Shown piece after piece: positions 40,105 through 49,027 of a DNA stretch of 64,000 nt (the first letter of the stretch is position 1; each line of letters opens with the position of its first letter). The stretch comes from Solirubrobacterales bacterium. Its GTDB lineage: Bacteria; Actinomycetota; Thermoleophilia; Solirubrobacterales; 70-9. Made by a program: the position numbers and the translations under genes. The notes below the pieces were generated by a model. That model made no database searches, had not been told where the DNA came from, and saw nothing but the letters and a program-made list of their open reading frames with translations. The stretch covers positions 39,662 through 103,661 of the forward strand of contig JAWVFL010000002.1 of assembly GCA_033856195.1 (NCBI GenBank). Direction: 5' to 3'.

Positions 40105-40794
40105 GTGGCTTCAGGTAGACGCACGGCTAGGTTGAGCGAGCGGCTGCCAAGGGGCCGGCACGGGTTGCCGCGGGAGGCCGTGACGGAATCCCAGCGCAAC
40201 CGCATCCTGCAGGCGATGATCGAGGTCGTCTCCGAGCGCGGCTACCCCGATACCCGGGTCGTCGATGTGATCGGCGTCGCTGGCGTCTCACGCAAGACGT
40301 TCTACGAACTCTTCTCCAGCAAGGAGGACTGCTTCCTCGCCACCTACGACGTGCTGCTGGGAAACCTGCTCGGCGACACCGCTCGTGGCTTCGAGTCCAA
40401 GCCCGGCTCGCCCTGGGCTGAGCGCGTGGCCGGCGGGCTCGGCGAGCTGCTCAAACACCTGGCAGAGCACCCCGACGAGGCGCGCTTCGCGATCGTCGAG
40501 GTCCTCGCGGCCGGCCCGAAGGCGCTGGCCCGCCGCGACGCGGCGCTGCGCCAGTTCACCGGCTTCCTCGACGCCGGCCGGGCGGAGACCTCGGTCGAGC
40601 TGCCGGGAATCACCTCGCTCTCGCTCGCCGGCGGCATCAACGAGCTGCTCTACAGCGAGATCCTGCATGGAGCCGCAACGCAGCTGCCGAGCCGCCTGCC
40701 CGACCTGATGTTCTGGATCACCCTGCCCTTCCTCGGGCCCGAGGGAGCCGCTGAGGAGCGCGAGCGGACCAGGCTCTCGATGCTGGAGAGTTAG
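40105..40794 (+). CDS. TetR-family transcriptional regulator.
   Basis: The N-terminal HTH is RNRILQAMIEVVSERGYPDTRVVDVIGVAGVSRKTFYELFSSKEDCF. Confidence 0.85.
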   Translation: MASGRRTARLSERLPRGRHGLPREAVTESQRNRILQAMIEVVSERGYPDTRVVDVIGVAGVSRKTFYELFSSKEDCFLATYDVLLGNLLGDTARGFESKPGSPWAERVAGGLGELLKHLAEHPDEARFAIVEVLAAGPKALARRDAALRQFTGFLDAGRAETSVELPGITSLSLAGGINELLYSEILHGAATQLPSRLPDLMFWITLPFLGPEGAAEERERTRLSMLES

Positions 40795-40944
40795 GCAGCG
40801 CACCTGTTAAGGCGCTCCTTTCTGTGAATGGCCGGGTTTATCTAGATTGGGATACTGATAATTTGGGCAATGGAGGGAATGTCCAAGGCTTATCTATGGC
40901 CGGGGCTCTGAACGGCCAGGCCGCAAAGGAGAGAGAACGAGCAC

Positions 40945-41712
40945 ATGCGCAAGCGCTTGATTACGACACTGGCCCTGGGGGCGGTACTTGCCCTCGCGGC
41001 GGCCGGAATAGCTACAGCAGAGAAGCCCACCATCGTCCAGGCTGGGAACCTGAAGTTGACCCTGAACGGGAGCTTCAGCCCAAAGAAGCTGCCGAAGAGT
41101 GGGAAGGCCGCCCCGATCACGCTGAACGTCAGCGGCAAGATCGAGACGACCGACGGCACGCACGCGCCGGCCCTGAAAGAAGTCGTCGTCGAAACCGACA
41201 AGAACGGCTCGATCGATGTCAAGGGCTTGCCGACCTGCACCTCGGGGAAACTGCAGGCTCAGGACACCAGCCATGCGGAAGCGATCTGCAGGAAGGCGAT
41301 CATCGGCAGCGGCATCACCAACGTCGAGGTCGAATTCCCCGAATCGAATCCGTTCATCGCGAAAAGTAAATTGCTCGCCTTCAACGGTGGGACCAGCGGT
41401 GGTAAGACGACGATCTTCATCCACGCTTACCTGACCTCTCCGGTCTCGGCGGCGGTTGTCACCACGGTCAAAATCTCGAAAATCCACAACGGTCGCTACG
41501 GCACGAAATCGGTTGCTTCGGTGCCGAAGATCGCTGGTGGGTACGGCTCGGTAAAGGAATTTGCACTGACCTTCGACCGCGGCTACAAAAACACACCGTT
41601 CCTGTTTGCCAAGTGCCCCGACGGTCACCTCAACGCCAAGGCCACGTCCGTCTTCGCCGACGGCACGCGCCTGACGGGCACCTTCGTCCGCTCCTGCACC
41701 CCGAAGGGCTAA
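40945..41712 (+). CDS. Secreted 4-Cys hypothetical protein (paralog of 17037-17789, Lys-rich, lower G+C).
   Basis: The signal peptide is MRKRLITTLALGAVLALAAAGIATA. It is colinear with the other copy (GNL.LT..G.F.P..LP, GLP.C, G.YG/GS). Confidence 0.6.
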   Translation: MRKRLITTLALGAVLALAAAGIATAEKPTIVQAGNLKLTLNGSFSPKKLPKSGKAAPITLNVSGKIETTDGTHAPALKEVVVETDKNGSIDVKGLPTCTSGKLQAQDTSHAEAICRKAIIGSGITNVEVEFPESNPFIAKSKLLAFNGGTSGGKTTIFIHAYLTSPVSAAVVTTVKISKIHNGRYGTKSVASVPKIAGGYGSVKEFALTFDRGYKNTPFLFAKCPDGHLNAKATSVFADGTRLTGTFVRSCTPKG

Positions 41713-41748
41713 GAAGCGCATCACGCTTTAATCAGGACGAAAAAGGGG

Positions 41749-41779
41749 AAGAAAGGGCGGCCATGGGCCGCCCTTTCTT
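41749..41779. terminator. Bidirectional intrinsic terminator hairpin.
   Basis: The hairpin is aagaaagggcggcc-atg-ggccgccctttctt (14 bp perfect) with A/T runs on both sides. It lies between convergent genes. Confidence 0.65.
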
Positions 41780-41783
41780 TGCC

Positions 41784-42506
41784 CTAGTCCCGCGGATCGA
41801 TCAGGTCGGCCGGGGCGGGTGGGATCAAGCCCTCCGCTTCGCGCCGCCGCTCGCCGCGCCTGAGCATTCTCTGGGTGAGGATCGCGATGCTGAGGATCGC
41901 GGTGGCGCCGAGACTCAACTGAACGCTGAGCAGGCCCTGGCGAGTCCAGTAGACGTCGCGCAGATCGAGCAGGAGCGCCGCCTCGTCGAAGGTCAGCCCC
42001 ATGCCGATGCCGGTCGTGACCGCGAGCCGCTCTTCGAGCGCCGCGTCGTCGGTCAGCAGCGCCGTCGTCCCAGAGGCGAAGGCGAGCACGATGCCGGGCA
42101 CGAAGTGGTGGATGTGGCGGCCGCCGACGCTGACGTTGCGGAACGGCCACCACTCGTCGCGGATGCCCAGGGTCGAGAGGCGCACCAGCGCGAAGGAGCC
42201 GAGGAAGCCGGCAAGCAAGTTGAAGAGGACGGTTTCGGAGCGCGGCGCCTCGTCGTAGCCGCCCACCGCGACGCTGACCGTGTCGAGTGCGGCGGCCGGC
42301 GCCGCCTCGACCAGCCCCTCGCCGTCGGCCTCCTGGTGGGAGCGGCGCTGCAGCATGCGGCCGAACTGTCCGGCCAGGACGACGCCCGCACCGCCCAGCG
42401 CGACAGCGGCGAGCCCGACGGTGGCGCGCTCGGAATGGCCCCAGCCGAGCCTGGTCCTGGCCTTGGCGCGCCGGGTCAGGCGAGTCGGCAAGCGCGGCGA
42501 ACCCAT
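41784..42506 (-). CDS. Hypothetical integral membrane protein.
   Basis: It has several hydrophobic helices and no recognisable motif. Confidence 0.45.
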   Translation of the reverse strand: MGSPRLPTRLTRRAKARTRLGWGHSERATVGLAAVALGGAGVVLAGQFGRMLQRRSHQEADGEGLVEAAPAAALDTVSVAVGGYDEAPRSETVLFNLLAGFLGSFALVRLSTLGIRDEWWPFRNVSVGGRHIHHFVPGIVLAFASGTTALLTDDAALEERLAVTTGIGMGLTFDEAALLLDLRDVYWTRQGLLSVQLSLGATAILSIAILTQRMLRRGERRREAEGLIPPAPADLIDPRD

Positions 42507-42528
42507 GCCCCGCAGCCTAGCGTCGGGT

Positions 42529-42981
42529 TCAGCGTTCCTCGGTGACGATCGTCTTCACCGTGGCGACGGCGCCGTCGGCGAGCTCGATCTCGACCATGTG
42601 GGTGCCGATCTCACGGATCGGCTGCTCGAGGCGGACCTTGCGCCGGTCGATGCGCAGGTCGCGAGCGTCCTGGATCGCGTCGGCGATCTCCTTCGCGCCC
42701 ACGGAGCCGAAGAGCTTGCCGTCCTCGCCAGCACGCTGGTAGATCGTCAGAACGGTCTTGGAGAGCAGCGAGGCCGCCTGCTCTTCCCGCTCGGAGCGGG
42801 CTTTCTCGGCTTTCTCAGCCGCGGCACGCCGCCGCTGGGCCTCCTCCAGCGCCCCCGCGGTGGCTGCCGCCGCCAGTTTGCGCGGGATCAGGTAGTTGCG
42901 CAGGTAGCCGGGGGATACGTCAACCGGATCGCCGCGCTGGCCGAGCTGCTCGACGTCCTCGAGCAGGATCGCCTGCGTCAT
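42529..42981 (-). CDS. rplI: 50S ribosomal protein L9.
   Basis: ILLEDVEQLGQRGDPVDVSPGYLRNYLIPRKLA matches the L9 N-terminus. Confidence 0.93.
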   Translation of the reverse strand: MTQAILLEDVEQLGQRGDPVDVSPGYLRNYLIPRKLAAAATAGALEEAQRRRAAAEKAEKARSEREEQAASLLSKTVLTIYQRAGEDGKLFGSVGAKEIADAIQDARDLRIDRRKVRLEQPIREIGTHMVEIELADGAVATVKTIVTEER

Positions 42982-43244
42982 CAGCGCTCTCCGACGTAAG
43001 GCAGGAGAGCGATCTCACGGGCGCGCTTCACCGCCACCGAGAGCTGGCGCTGGTGCTTGCGCGAGAGGCCGGTGACCCGGCGTCCCCGCGTCTTCCCCTT
43101 GTCGGAGAGGAAGCGGCGCAGCAGGTTGAGGTCCTTGTAGTCGACCGCCTCGGAGTTGATCCGGGTGTATTTGCGCGGCCGAGCGCGGTCGTCGCGACGA
43201 CCGCGCCTGGGCGTTGATGAGGTTGCGTCTTTAGTCCTAGCCAT
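42981..43244 (-). CDS. rpsR: 30S ribosomal protein S18.
   Basis: [49 protein letters not shown] matches S18. The start is the Met at 43244. Confidence 0.93.
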   Translation of the reverse strand: MARTKDATSSTPRRGRRDDRARPRKYTRINSEAVDYKDLNLLRRFLSDKGKTRGRRVTGLSRKHQRQLSVAVKRAREIALLPYVGER

Positions 43245-43373
43245 GCGGGTTCGGAATCCTACAGACCTGCCGACGGCGAACACTGCGCGGTGCGGCGTCC
43301 TCAGTCGCTCACGTGCAGAGCACGCATCGCTCCCTGCGTCCTTGCCCCGCTTGGTCCGTCGCCGGCGGGCAGG

Positions 43374-43862
43374 CTAAAAGGGGATGTCGTCGTCCCCGCC
43401 ACCGCCACCGCCAGCTGCCGCGCCGGCGAAGTCGGAGGAGTCGGCCGGTACGTCGCTGCTGGGACTGAAGCCACCGCCTTCGCCACCGCCACCCCCGTTG
43501 CCCGAGCCATCGCGGGAGCCGAGGAACTGCACCGAGTTGGCGATGATCTCGACGCTCTGGCGTTTGCCGCCCCCGTCTTTTGCCTCCCACTCGCGCCAGT
43601 CGAGGCGACCTTCGACCGCGACCGGCCGACCCTTGGCGAGGTAGTTGGCGCAGTTCTCGCCCTGGGCGCCCCAGACGGTGACGTCGAAGTAGTTGGGCTT
43701 GTCCACCCATTCGCCCGTCTGACCGTCCTTGCGACGGCTGTTGACCGCCACGCGCAGCTTGCAGACCGAGGTTCCGCCCGGCGTGCTGCGCAGCTCCGGA
43801 TCGCGGGTCAGGTTTCCGGTGATGACCACCACGTTCACGTTCGACGCTGCCACGGCTCTCAA
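43374..43862 (-). CDS. ssb: Single-stranded DNA-binding protein.
   Basis: It has an OB-fold N-terminus (NVVVITGNLTRDPELR), a Gly-rich tail and the acidic tip DDDIPF. Confidence 0.93.
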   Translation of the reverse strand: MRAVAASNVNVVVITGNLTRDPELRSTPGGTSVCKLRVAVNSRRKDGQTGEWVDKPNYFDVTVWGAQGENCANYLAKGRPVAVEGRLDWREWEAKDGGGKRQSVEIIANSVQFLGSRDGSGNGGGGGEGGGFSPSSDVPADSSDFAGAAAGGGGGGDDDIPF

Positions 43863-43950
43863 CTCCTCTGGATCGTTGTCTGGAGTCCAGTCTAAGAGCG
43901 TCGGCGGCGCGACTCACCCCTTCGCCCCCGCAATCTGCGCAGGAAACCGA

Positions 43951-44460
43951 CTACTCGTCGGCGGCGACGGGAACGTCGGCGCTCTCGGGAGCGCTCTCAG
44001 CCGGCTCGGCGGCCGATTCGGCCGGCTCAGCGGCGGCCGGCTCAGCTGACTCGGCGGCGACAGCAGCGCGGGGATCGCCCTGAGGGCCGCGGTCGCCGCG
44101 ATCGCCGCGATCGCGTGAGGCGCCGGCGGCCGGGGCAGCGACTGCGGGCGGCACCAATACAGGTGAGTCCACGTCGACTTTGAAGATGCGGAAGCGCAGC
44201 ACGCCGTCGGCGATCTTCAAGTTGTGGTTGAGCTCGTCGAGCAGCTCCGTGGGGGCCTCGAAGCGGAACCAGCGGTAATCGGCCTCGTTGCGCAGCTCGA
44301 TCTCGTAGGCCATCTTGCGCAGACCCCATTTGTTCTCATGCTTGAGCGTCCCTTTGCCCTCGATCCGTGATTTCACGTCTTGGGCAAGCACGTCGCGACC
44401 GGCCTCGTCGGGACCTGGGTCAAGCATGAGGACCAACTCGTATTCGCGTGGGACTGCCAA
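43951..44460 (-). CDS. rpsF: 30S ribosomal protein S6 with an extended acidic Ala/Glu/Pro-rich C-terminus.
   Basis: REYELVLMLDP..WGLRKMAYEI aligns with S6. The start codon is TTG. Confidence 0.9.
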   Translation of the reverse strand: MAVPREYELVLMLDPGPDEAGRDVLAQDVKSRIEGKGTLKHENKWGLRKMAYEIELRNEADYRWFRFEAPTELLDELNHNLKIADGVLRFRIFKVDVDSPVLVPPAVAAPAAGASRDRGDRGDRGPQGDPRAAVAAESAEPAAAEPAESAAEPAESAPESADVPVAADE

Positions 44461-44478
44461 AGCGGCGAGGGACTATAG

Positions 44479-44928
44479 CTAGTGCGGCGCAAACTCCATG
44501 GACCCGTCGTCGGGCGGAACTGGGGCGGGGACTGGTTCTGGGGAGGGGACCGGAACGGGTTCCGGTGAAGGGACGGGCGGATAGGCGGGCGGGTCCTGCC
44601 GTCGGGTTGGGGTACTCGGCTTGCGCTGCGCGCTTCTTCGGGCGCCGGGACCTCGCGCCCTTCGGGACGAAGCTTTGCCCTCAGAAGCCTCCGCGCGGCG
44701 CCGACCACCCCAACCCGACACCACCCGCCCGAGATTCCGCACAGCCCGCTTCCTCGGAGCCGGCTTCGGGACAGCAGAAGCTTCCACTCGTGGCAGACCA
44801 ACGTCGGCAGGTAGAGGAGGTGGCGCCGGCGGTGTCAGCAAGCTTGGGGCAACCCGCAGCGCCAGGAGGATTCCAGCTGCGGCAAGGAGCACCACCCCAG
44901 CTTGAGACCACCGAATTCGGACACGCAT
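44479..44928 (-). CDS. Putative membrane-anchored Pro-rich protein, hypothetical.
   Basis: The internal Met at 44928 precedes a TM helix (AGVVLLAAAGILLAL). It ends 18 nt upstream of rpsF on the same strand. The low-complexity sequence makes the call weak. Confidence 0.3.
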   Translation of the reverse strand: MRVRIRWSQAGVVLLAAAGILLALRVAPSLLTPPAPPPLPADVGLPRVEASAVPKPAPRKRAVRNLGRVVSGWGGRRRAEASEGKASSRRARGPGARRSAQRKPSTPTRRQDPPAYPPVPSPEPVPVPSPEPVPAPVPPDDGSMEFAPH

Positions 44929-44977
44929 CCCAGCACAAGCCCTCAACCCTGGGATGTCTCCCCCGAAACGATGGCTG

Positions 44978-45087
44978 GACGGGTTGGGCACCCCTCCGAA
45001 CGGCTTGTACTTTTTCGGCAATCCAACCTCGGACGGCCCCAGCCGCCCCACCGAAAATGTTGAGAGAGGAGGGGTGCCCAACCCGTC
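44978..45087 (-). repeat. Palindromic element, copy B (inverted orientation).
   Basis: The stem is gacgggttgggcacccctcc (44978-44997) paired with ggaggggtgcccaacccgtc (45068-45087). The core halves are cttgtactttttcggc (45004-45019) and ccaccgaaaatgttga (45048-45063), 28 nt apart. Confidence 0.85.
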
Positions 45088-45139
45088 TCACCACCAACCT
45101 TTTGCGTGAGCAAACGAGGGGTCTGGGTAGTCTGAGCCC

Positions 45140-46603
45140 GTGCCCGAATCCGACCCACTGATCATCGTCTCGAACAGGGGCCCCGCCCAGTTCGAACTAG
45201 ACGAGTCCGGCGAGCGGACCGTCCAGCGCGGCGGCGGCGGCCTGGTGACAGCCCTCTCGGGCCTGGTCTCCCACCGCGACGCCCTCTGGATCGCCTCGGC
45301 GATGACCGACGAGGACGTCGTCGTCAGCGAGGAGCGGGGCGGCCCGGTCGAGCTTTCGATCGACGGCATCGACTACCGCGTGCTGCTGGTCGGCTCTGAC
45401 GCCGAAGCCTACGACCGCTTCTACAACATCATCGCCAACCCGATCCTCTGGTTCATCCAGCACTACCTCTGGGATCTCTCCAACGCGCCCGACATCCGCC
45501 AAGAGGAGCTCGACGCCTGGGACTTCGGCTACCAGGCGGTCAACCGCGACATCGCCAACGCCGTGCTGGGCCAGATCGAGGGTCGCGAGCGGCCGCTGGT
45601 GATGCTGCACGACTATCACCTCTATACGGCCCCAGGGATGATCCGGGAAGCCCGCCCCGACGCCTTCCTGCACCACTTCGTCCACATCCCCTGGTCCCAG
45701 CCCGACAGCTGGCGCATCCTGCCGGGACGGATCCGCGAGGCGCTCTTCCGCGGCATGCTCGCCAACGACATCATCGGCTTCCACACGCACGCCTACTGCA
45801 TCAACTTCATCCGCTGCTGCGACGAACTGCTCGAGGTCGACGTCGACTACGAGCAGGGGATCGTGCGGCATGCGGGCGGCGAGACCCACACCCGCGCCTA
45901 CCCCCTCTCGATCGATGCCGAACGGCTGCGCCGAGCGGCCGAAACACCGGAGGTTGCGGCGGCCGAGCGCGAGGTGCTGGAGCGCCGGCGCAAGCACCTG
46001 ATCATCCGCGTCGACCGCGCCGATCTCTCCAAGAACGTCCTGCGCGGCTTCACCGCTTTCGACGTCTTCCTCACCCAGCACCCGGAGTTCCGCGAACAGG
46101 TCACCTTCATCGCCCACCTGCAGCCCTCGCGCCAGGACGTGCCCGAGTACGCCGAGTACCTGGAGCGGATCGAGGCTCTCGTCGCCGTCGTCAACCACAG
46201 CCACGGCACCACCGACTGGATGCCGATCGACCTGAAGATCTACGAGAACTTCTACGACGCGGTCGCCCGCTACAAGCACTTCGACCTGCTGATGGTCAAC
46301 TCGCTCTTCGACGGCATGAACCTGGTCGCCAAGGAGGCGCCCGCGGTCAACACCCGCGACGGCGTGCTGATGCTCTCCGAGAACACCGGCTCCCACGAGG
46401 AGCTCTCCGACTGCACTCTCACGGTCAACCCCTTCGACATCCAGGAGCAGGCCGACGCGATCTACCGCGCCCTGACCATGGACCCCGAGGAGCGCCGCCT
46501 GCGCGCCCAGCACCTCAAGGAGCTGGTCTTCGCGCGCAACCCCGGCGACTGGGTCGACGATCAGCTGAAAGACATCGCCGAGCTGCGCGAGGCAGTCGCC
46601 TAG
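45140..46603 (+). CDS. otsA: Trehalose-6-phosphate synthase (GT20).
   Basis: The motifs LIIVSNRGP, LWIASAMTDED, HDYHLY and LVNSLFDGMNLVAKE are present. Confidence 0.88.
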   Translation: MPESDPLIIVSNRGPAQFELDESGERTVQRGGGGLVTALSGLVSHRDALWIASAMTDEDVVVSEERGGPVELSIDGIDYRVLLVGSDAEAYDRFYNIIANPILWFIQHYLWDLSNAPDIRQEELDAWDFGYQAVNRDIANAVLGQIEGRERPLVMLHDYHLYTAPGMIREARPDAFLHHFVHIPWSQPDSWRILPGRIREALFRGMLANDIIGFHTHAYCINFIRCCDELLEVDVDYEQGIVRHAGGETHTRAYPLSIDAERLRRAAETPEVAAAEREVLERRRKHLIIRVDRADLSKNVLRGFTAFDVFLTQHPEFREQVTFIAHLQPSRQDVPEYAEYLERIEALVAVVNHSHGTTDWMPIDLKIYENFYDAVARYKHFDLLMVNSLFDGMNLVAKEAPAVNTRDGVLMLSENTGSHEELSDCTLTVNPFDIQEQADAIYRALTMDPEERRLRAQHLKELVFARNPGDWVDDQLKDIAELREAVA

Positions 46604-46615
46604 CGGGGGACCCGC

Positions 46616-47854
46616 TCAGGTGTCGAGCTCGGCCAGCAGCTCGACCCAGTCGCGCAGCAGGCGTGGCGAGAGAAAGTGGTGGCGGGCGTGTTCCTTGCCG
46701 GCGCGGCCGAGCCGCTTGCCCAGCTCGGGGTCGGCGAGGATCTCCAGGCAGCGCTGCGCGCACTGCTCGGATGAGTCGACCAGGAAGCCGGTCTCGCCGT
46801 CGGTGATCTGCAGCGGGATGCCGCCGACGTTGCCGGCGACCGTCGGCCGCCCCTTCCAGAGCGCCTCGGTGACCGTCAGGCCGAAGCCCTCGCGGATCGA
46901 CTTCTGCAGGCAGACGTCGGACTGCGACTGGAAGGCGTTGACCTCGATCGCGCCGACGTTGTTGAGGTTGTTGAGGATCTTGATGTCTTCGTCGCCTTCG
47001 GCGTACTCGAAGGTGTGCTGGAAGAACTCCCAGCCCTCCGGGTCGTCGGTGGCCATCGAGCCGACCAGGGCCAGCTGCACCTCGGGCATCTGCTCGTGGA
47101 CGATCCGGTAGGCGTCGATCACGCCCATCGGGTCCTTCCAGGGATCGAAGCGCGAGACCTGGGTCAGCAGCGGCCGGTCGACGTCGATGCCGAACTGGCG
47201 GGCGACGAAGGCGGCGTCGTCGGGCGAGAAGGCCATGTTCTTCGGCGAGAGCGGGTCGATCGCCGGCGGGATGATCTTCACCCCGTTGTGCCCGTTGACC
47301 CCTTTCGGCACGTAGGTGGGCAGGTGCCAGACGGTTGCGTCGTATTCCTCGATCATCGGCAGCAGGCGGGCGATCGGCTCCGGGTTGGGCTCGGAGAGGT
47401 CGATGTGGCAGCGCCAGATCCAGTTGCGGCTCTTCTCCCTGGCGCCGCGGCGCAGGCCGATCGGCTGCGGGTCGTGGACGATGATCGTGTCCCACTCGCC
47501 TTCGAGCCCCTCGGCGTTGATCTTGTTTATCTCGTCGAAGACCTGCCACTGCTCGGCGCTCAGCGTCTCCTCCGCCCCTTGCAGCGAGTTGTGGAGGAGC
47601 TTGGTCGCGTTGAAGAACTCCTCTTTGCCGAAGATCACGTGCCAGTGGGCGTCGATGCCGATGTCGCGCATCAGCGGCACGATCGTGTAGAGGATCTCCG
47701 AGACGCCGCCACCGAAGGCCGTGGCGCTGACGTGCAGGACGCGGTGCCCCTTCATCGGCTCCGCCAGCTCGCGAATCCGTTCGATCGTCTCCTTGCCGGC
47801 GATATGGGTGTAGTCGGCGAGGGACTTCTGACCTAGGGTGACTTCCTGAAGCAT
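46616..47854 (-). CDS. treT: GT4 glycosyltransferase, TreT-like trehalose synthase.
   Basis: HVSATAFGGGVSEILYTIVPLMRDIGIDAHWHVI..FFNATKLLHNSLQG closely resembles archaeal/bacterial TreT N-termini as I recall them. The GT-B C-terminus carries EGFGLTVTEALWKG. Confidence 0.6.
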   Translation of the reverse strand: MLQEVTLGQKSLADYTHIAGKETIERIRELAEPMKGHRVLHVSATAFGGGVSEILYTIVPLMRDIGIDAHWHVIFGKEEFFNATKLLHNSLQGAEETLSAEQWQVFDEINKINAEGLEGEWDTIIVHDPQPIGLRRGAREKSRNWIWRCHIDLSEPNPEPIARLLPMIEEYDATVWHLPTYVPKGVNGHNGVKIIPPAIDPLSPKNMAFSPDDAAFVARQFGIDVDRPLLTQVSRFDPWKDPMGVIDAYRIVHEQMPEVQLALVGSMATDDPEGWEFFQHTFEYAEGDEDIKILNNLNNVGAIEVNAFQSQSDVCLQKSIREGFGLTVTEALWKGRPTVAGNVGGIPLQITDGETGFLVDSSEQCAQRCLEILADPELGKRLGRAGKEHARHHFLSPRLLRDWVELLAELDT

Positions 47855-47890
47855 CCGGGATTTCTACATCGCCCGGCGGTCGCTTGCTCT

Positions 47891-49027
47891 TTAGCCCTGC
47901 GGGCGCTTGCCCAGAGTGACCTCGACCTGCTGGCGTTCGTTGTCGCGCAGGATCTCCAGCGTCACCGTCTGCCCCGGGTTGCGGAGCGCGATGTCCTGGG
48001 CAAGATCTTCGGGCCGCACGACCGGGTGGCCGTCGATCGAGAGGATCACGTCGCCACCGGTTTCGTAGGCGTTCGCCTGGAATTTGATTTCGCTGTCGCC
48101 GCCGCGCAGGCCCGCCTTGTCGGCCGGGCCGCCGGGGACGACTTCGGAGAGCAGGCCGCCGTGGTCGGTGTCGAGCCCCAGCTTCTCGGCGAGCTGGGGG
48201 TAGACCGCCTGGGTGGCGACCCCGATGTAGGCGTATTCGGCTTCCCCCTTCTCTTCCAGCTGGGCAACCGAGCGCTTGATCGCCGAGACCGGTACGGCGA
48301 AGCCGACACCGGAATTGGAGCCGGAATTGGTCTCGATCTGCTCGTTGATGCCGAGCACGCGGGCGCCGGCGTCGAGCAGCGGGCCGCCGGAGTTGCCTGG
48401 GTTGATCGAGGCGTCGGTCTGGATCGCTCCCTCGATCTGGAAGCGGGTCAGCGATTCGACCGAGCGATCGGTGGCGGAGATGACTCCGACCGAGAGCGAT
48501 TGCTGCTCGCCGAATGGGCTGCCTATCGCCGCGACAGGCTGGCCGACGACCAGCTCGTTGTCGTCGCCGAGCTGCAGCGGGTGCAGCCTGAAGCCGTCCG
48601 GCTTCACCTCCAGCAGGGCGACGTCGGCGAAGGGGTCGAAGCCGACGATCGTGGCTGGGAGGACGTTGCGGTCGGGGAACTCGACGAAGACTTCCTTGGC
48701 CGCCTTGCGGGCGCCGGTCGATTCGTCGGTGACGACGTGAGCGTTGGTGACGATGCGACCGTCGGCATCGAGGACGAAGCCCGAGCCCTCGGCGGCACCG
48801 CCGCCGCCTTTGAAGACCGAGCGGATCGTGACCACCCCCGGCGAGGCTTCGCGGAAGACCCTCGCCGCGTCGAAGCCGTGCTCCGCCGTCTGCACGACGA
48901 CCTGTGGCGCTGTTGTCTCGGTGACGGTTGCCGTCTGCGTGGCGGAATCGCCGTCGCCGTTCCCCCCACCGCATCCCGCCAGCGTGATCGCCAGCGCCGC
49001 CGCGGCCCAGAGGGTCCGCGCCCTCAC
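47891..49027 (-). CDS. htrA: HtrA/DegP-family serine protease with a PDZ domain (PepD-like).
   Basis: It has a lipoprotein-like signal (LAGC). The catalytic motifs are TNAHVV and GNSGGPL. A C-terminal PDZ domain is present. Confidence 0.88.
   Translation of the reverse strand: MRARTLWAAAALAITLAGCGGGNGDGDSATQTATVTETTAPQVVVQTAEHGFDAARVFREASPGVVTIRSVFKGGGGAAEGSGFVLDADGRIVTNAHVVTDESTGARKAAKEVFVEFPDRNVLPATIVGFDPFADVALLEVKPDGFRLHPLQLGDDNELVVGQPVAAIGSPFGEQQSLSVGVISATDRSVESLTRFQIEGAIQTDASINPGNSGGPLLDAGARVLGINEQIETNSGSNSGVGFAVPVSAIKRSVAQLEEKGEAEYAYIGVATQAVYPQLAEKLGLDTDHGGLLSEVVPGGPADKAGLRGGDSEIKFQANAYETGGDVILSIDGHPVVRPEDLAQDIALRNPGQTVTLEILRDNERQQVEVTLGKRPQG

Noticed and set aside
43951-44100. AEPAESA-type short repeats in the S6 C-terminal tail, considered as a possible separate feature.
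   Set aside because: This is a low-complexity acidic tail extension of a ribosomal protein. Nothing suggests an independent element.
46515-48974. An 819-aa minus-strand ORF spanning the TreT-like and HtrA genes.
   Set aside because: Its Arg/Pro/Gly-dominated low-complexity translation is typical of an off-frame reading in high-G+C DNA. It overlaps two well-supported genes that have clear catalytic motifs.
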